Shown here piece by piece: positions 62,845 to 64,000 of a stretch of 64,000 nucleotides of DNA. The stretch comes from Eledone cirrhosa (Eukaryota): the NCBI GenBank assembly GCA_964016885.1, contig OZ024751.1, positions 39,494,001 to 39,558,000 of the forward strand. Reading direction: 5' to 3'. Positions within the stretch are counted from its first letter, which is position 1; every line of letters begins with the position of its first letter. The notes below the pieces were generated by a model. That model ran no database searches, was not told the DNA's origin, and was given only the letters and a program-made list of their open reading frames with translations. The position numbers were made by a program, and so were the translations under genes.

Positions 62845-63519
62845 GTTTCTACTTTTGGCACAAGGCCAGCAATTATCCCAGTGTATTACTGGTACTTTAT
62901 TTTATCGAACCTGTAAGAATGAAAGTAAAGTTAACCTCGGCGGGATTTGAACTCAGATCATAAAGGGACGTAACTCTATGCTGCAAAGTATGGCGTGCGA
63001 CCCTCTACCGATACTGCCAATCCACCGCCCTAGCATGGCGTGCGACCCTCTACCGATACTGCCAATCCACCGCCCTAGCATGGCGGGCGACCCTCTACCG
63101 ATACTGCCAATCCACCGCCCTAGCATGGCGTGCGACCCTCTACCGATACTGCCAATCCACCGCCCTAGCATGGCGTGCGACCCTCTACCGATACTGCCAA
63201 TCCACCGCCCTAGTATGGCGTGCGACCCTCTACCGATACTGCCAACCCACCGCCCTAGCATGGCGTGCGACCCTCTACCGATACTGCCAATCCACCGCCC
63301 TAGCATGGCGTGCGACCCTCTACCGATACTGCCAATCCACTGCCCTAGCATGGCGTGCGACCCTCTACCGATACTGCCAATCCACTGCCCTAGCATGGCG
63401 TGCGACCCTCTACCGATACTGCCAATCCACCGCCCTAGCATGGCGTGCGACCCTCTACCGATACTGCCAATCCACCGCCCTAGCATGGCGTGCGACCCTC
63501 TACCGATACTGCCAATCCA
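62845..63519 (-). mobile_element. SINE family 2 copy with tandemly amplified 45-nt head
   Basis: Body 62845-63030, then about 12 copies of TAGCATGGCGTGCGACCCTCTACCGATACTGCCAATCCACCGCCC. Confidence 0.88.
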
Positions 63520-64000
63520 ATGACTTATGACATATCTCAGAAACCAGAGTTGAGAACCAGAAGTAGAATCAGTAGAACAGAACAAATGGTATTTTGTGAA
63601 TAAGTGGCATCGAAATATCGAGATATAAGTCTAAAATCTAGCTTGGGGCATCCAGTCAGATTAATTATTGGAGACTGTTACTTCTGACAGGACCCGCTGG
63701 ACTGACTGGTTCAGGACTCTGACCCCCAGCACCAGCTCTAACATAGGGGGGACGAAGAAGAAGAAGAAGAAGAAGAAGAAGAAGGAGGAGGAGGTCTAAC
63801 ATCTCAGGCACTGTTATAGTTGCCCGGTGTGATGATAGTTGATAACAATACTGATAACTGATAGTTGAATAAATCGAGTAAAGTACCCCTGGGGAGGAGA
63901 AATTATGCGTAGAGACACCTGTGGTACTTACACCGATCTATTACTTATAATTTTCAACTATTATCATATTTATCTGCATTGTGGCGTCAATATTTTCAAA

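Noticed and set aside
63925-64000. Minus-strand GTAAGT donor suggesting a neighbouring coding exon
   Set aside because: Stops occur in all three frames of the visible segment and no recognisable peptide is present; cannot be supported

Overview
AT-rich, microsatellite-dense animal genomic DNA. The repeat content (tRNA-derived SINEs, RTE LINEs with (GAT)n tails, very long (TA)n/(CATA)n tracts) suggests an octopus or other cephalopod; this is inference. The only host gene I can support is a minus-strand, intron-rich COG1 (conserved oligomeric Golgi complex subunit 1). I traced 20 GT-AG coding exons by hand from the ATG at 54355 to 6738, giving 1889 nt (about 629 aa) with compatible phases at every junction. 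I found no further exons, so the 3' part probably lies beyond the left edge. Almost all long ORFs in the supplied track are microsatellite or minisatellite artefacts. Introns and the upstream region hold RTE LINE fragments, two SINE families, an internally deleted RTE derivative, piggyBac-like TTAA MITEs and many minisatellites. The most interesting signal is at least five apparently unrelated short non-coding elements that carry type I hammerhead-ribozyme motifs, sit in (TA)n tracts and show inverted or tandem partial duplication. One has a canonical GUC hammerhead (38521-38601) inside a 476-nt tandem unit. Together they look like a Penelope-mobilised retrozyme/circRNA system. All structures were paired by eye and none were computed.
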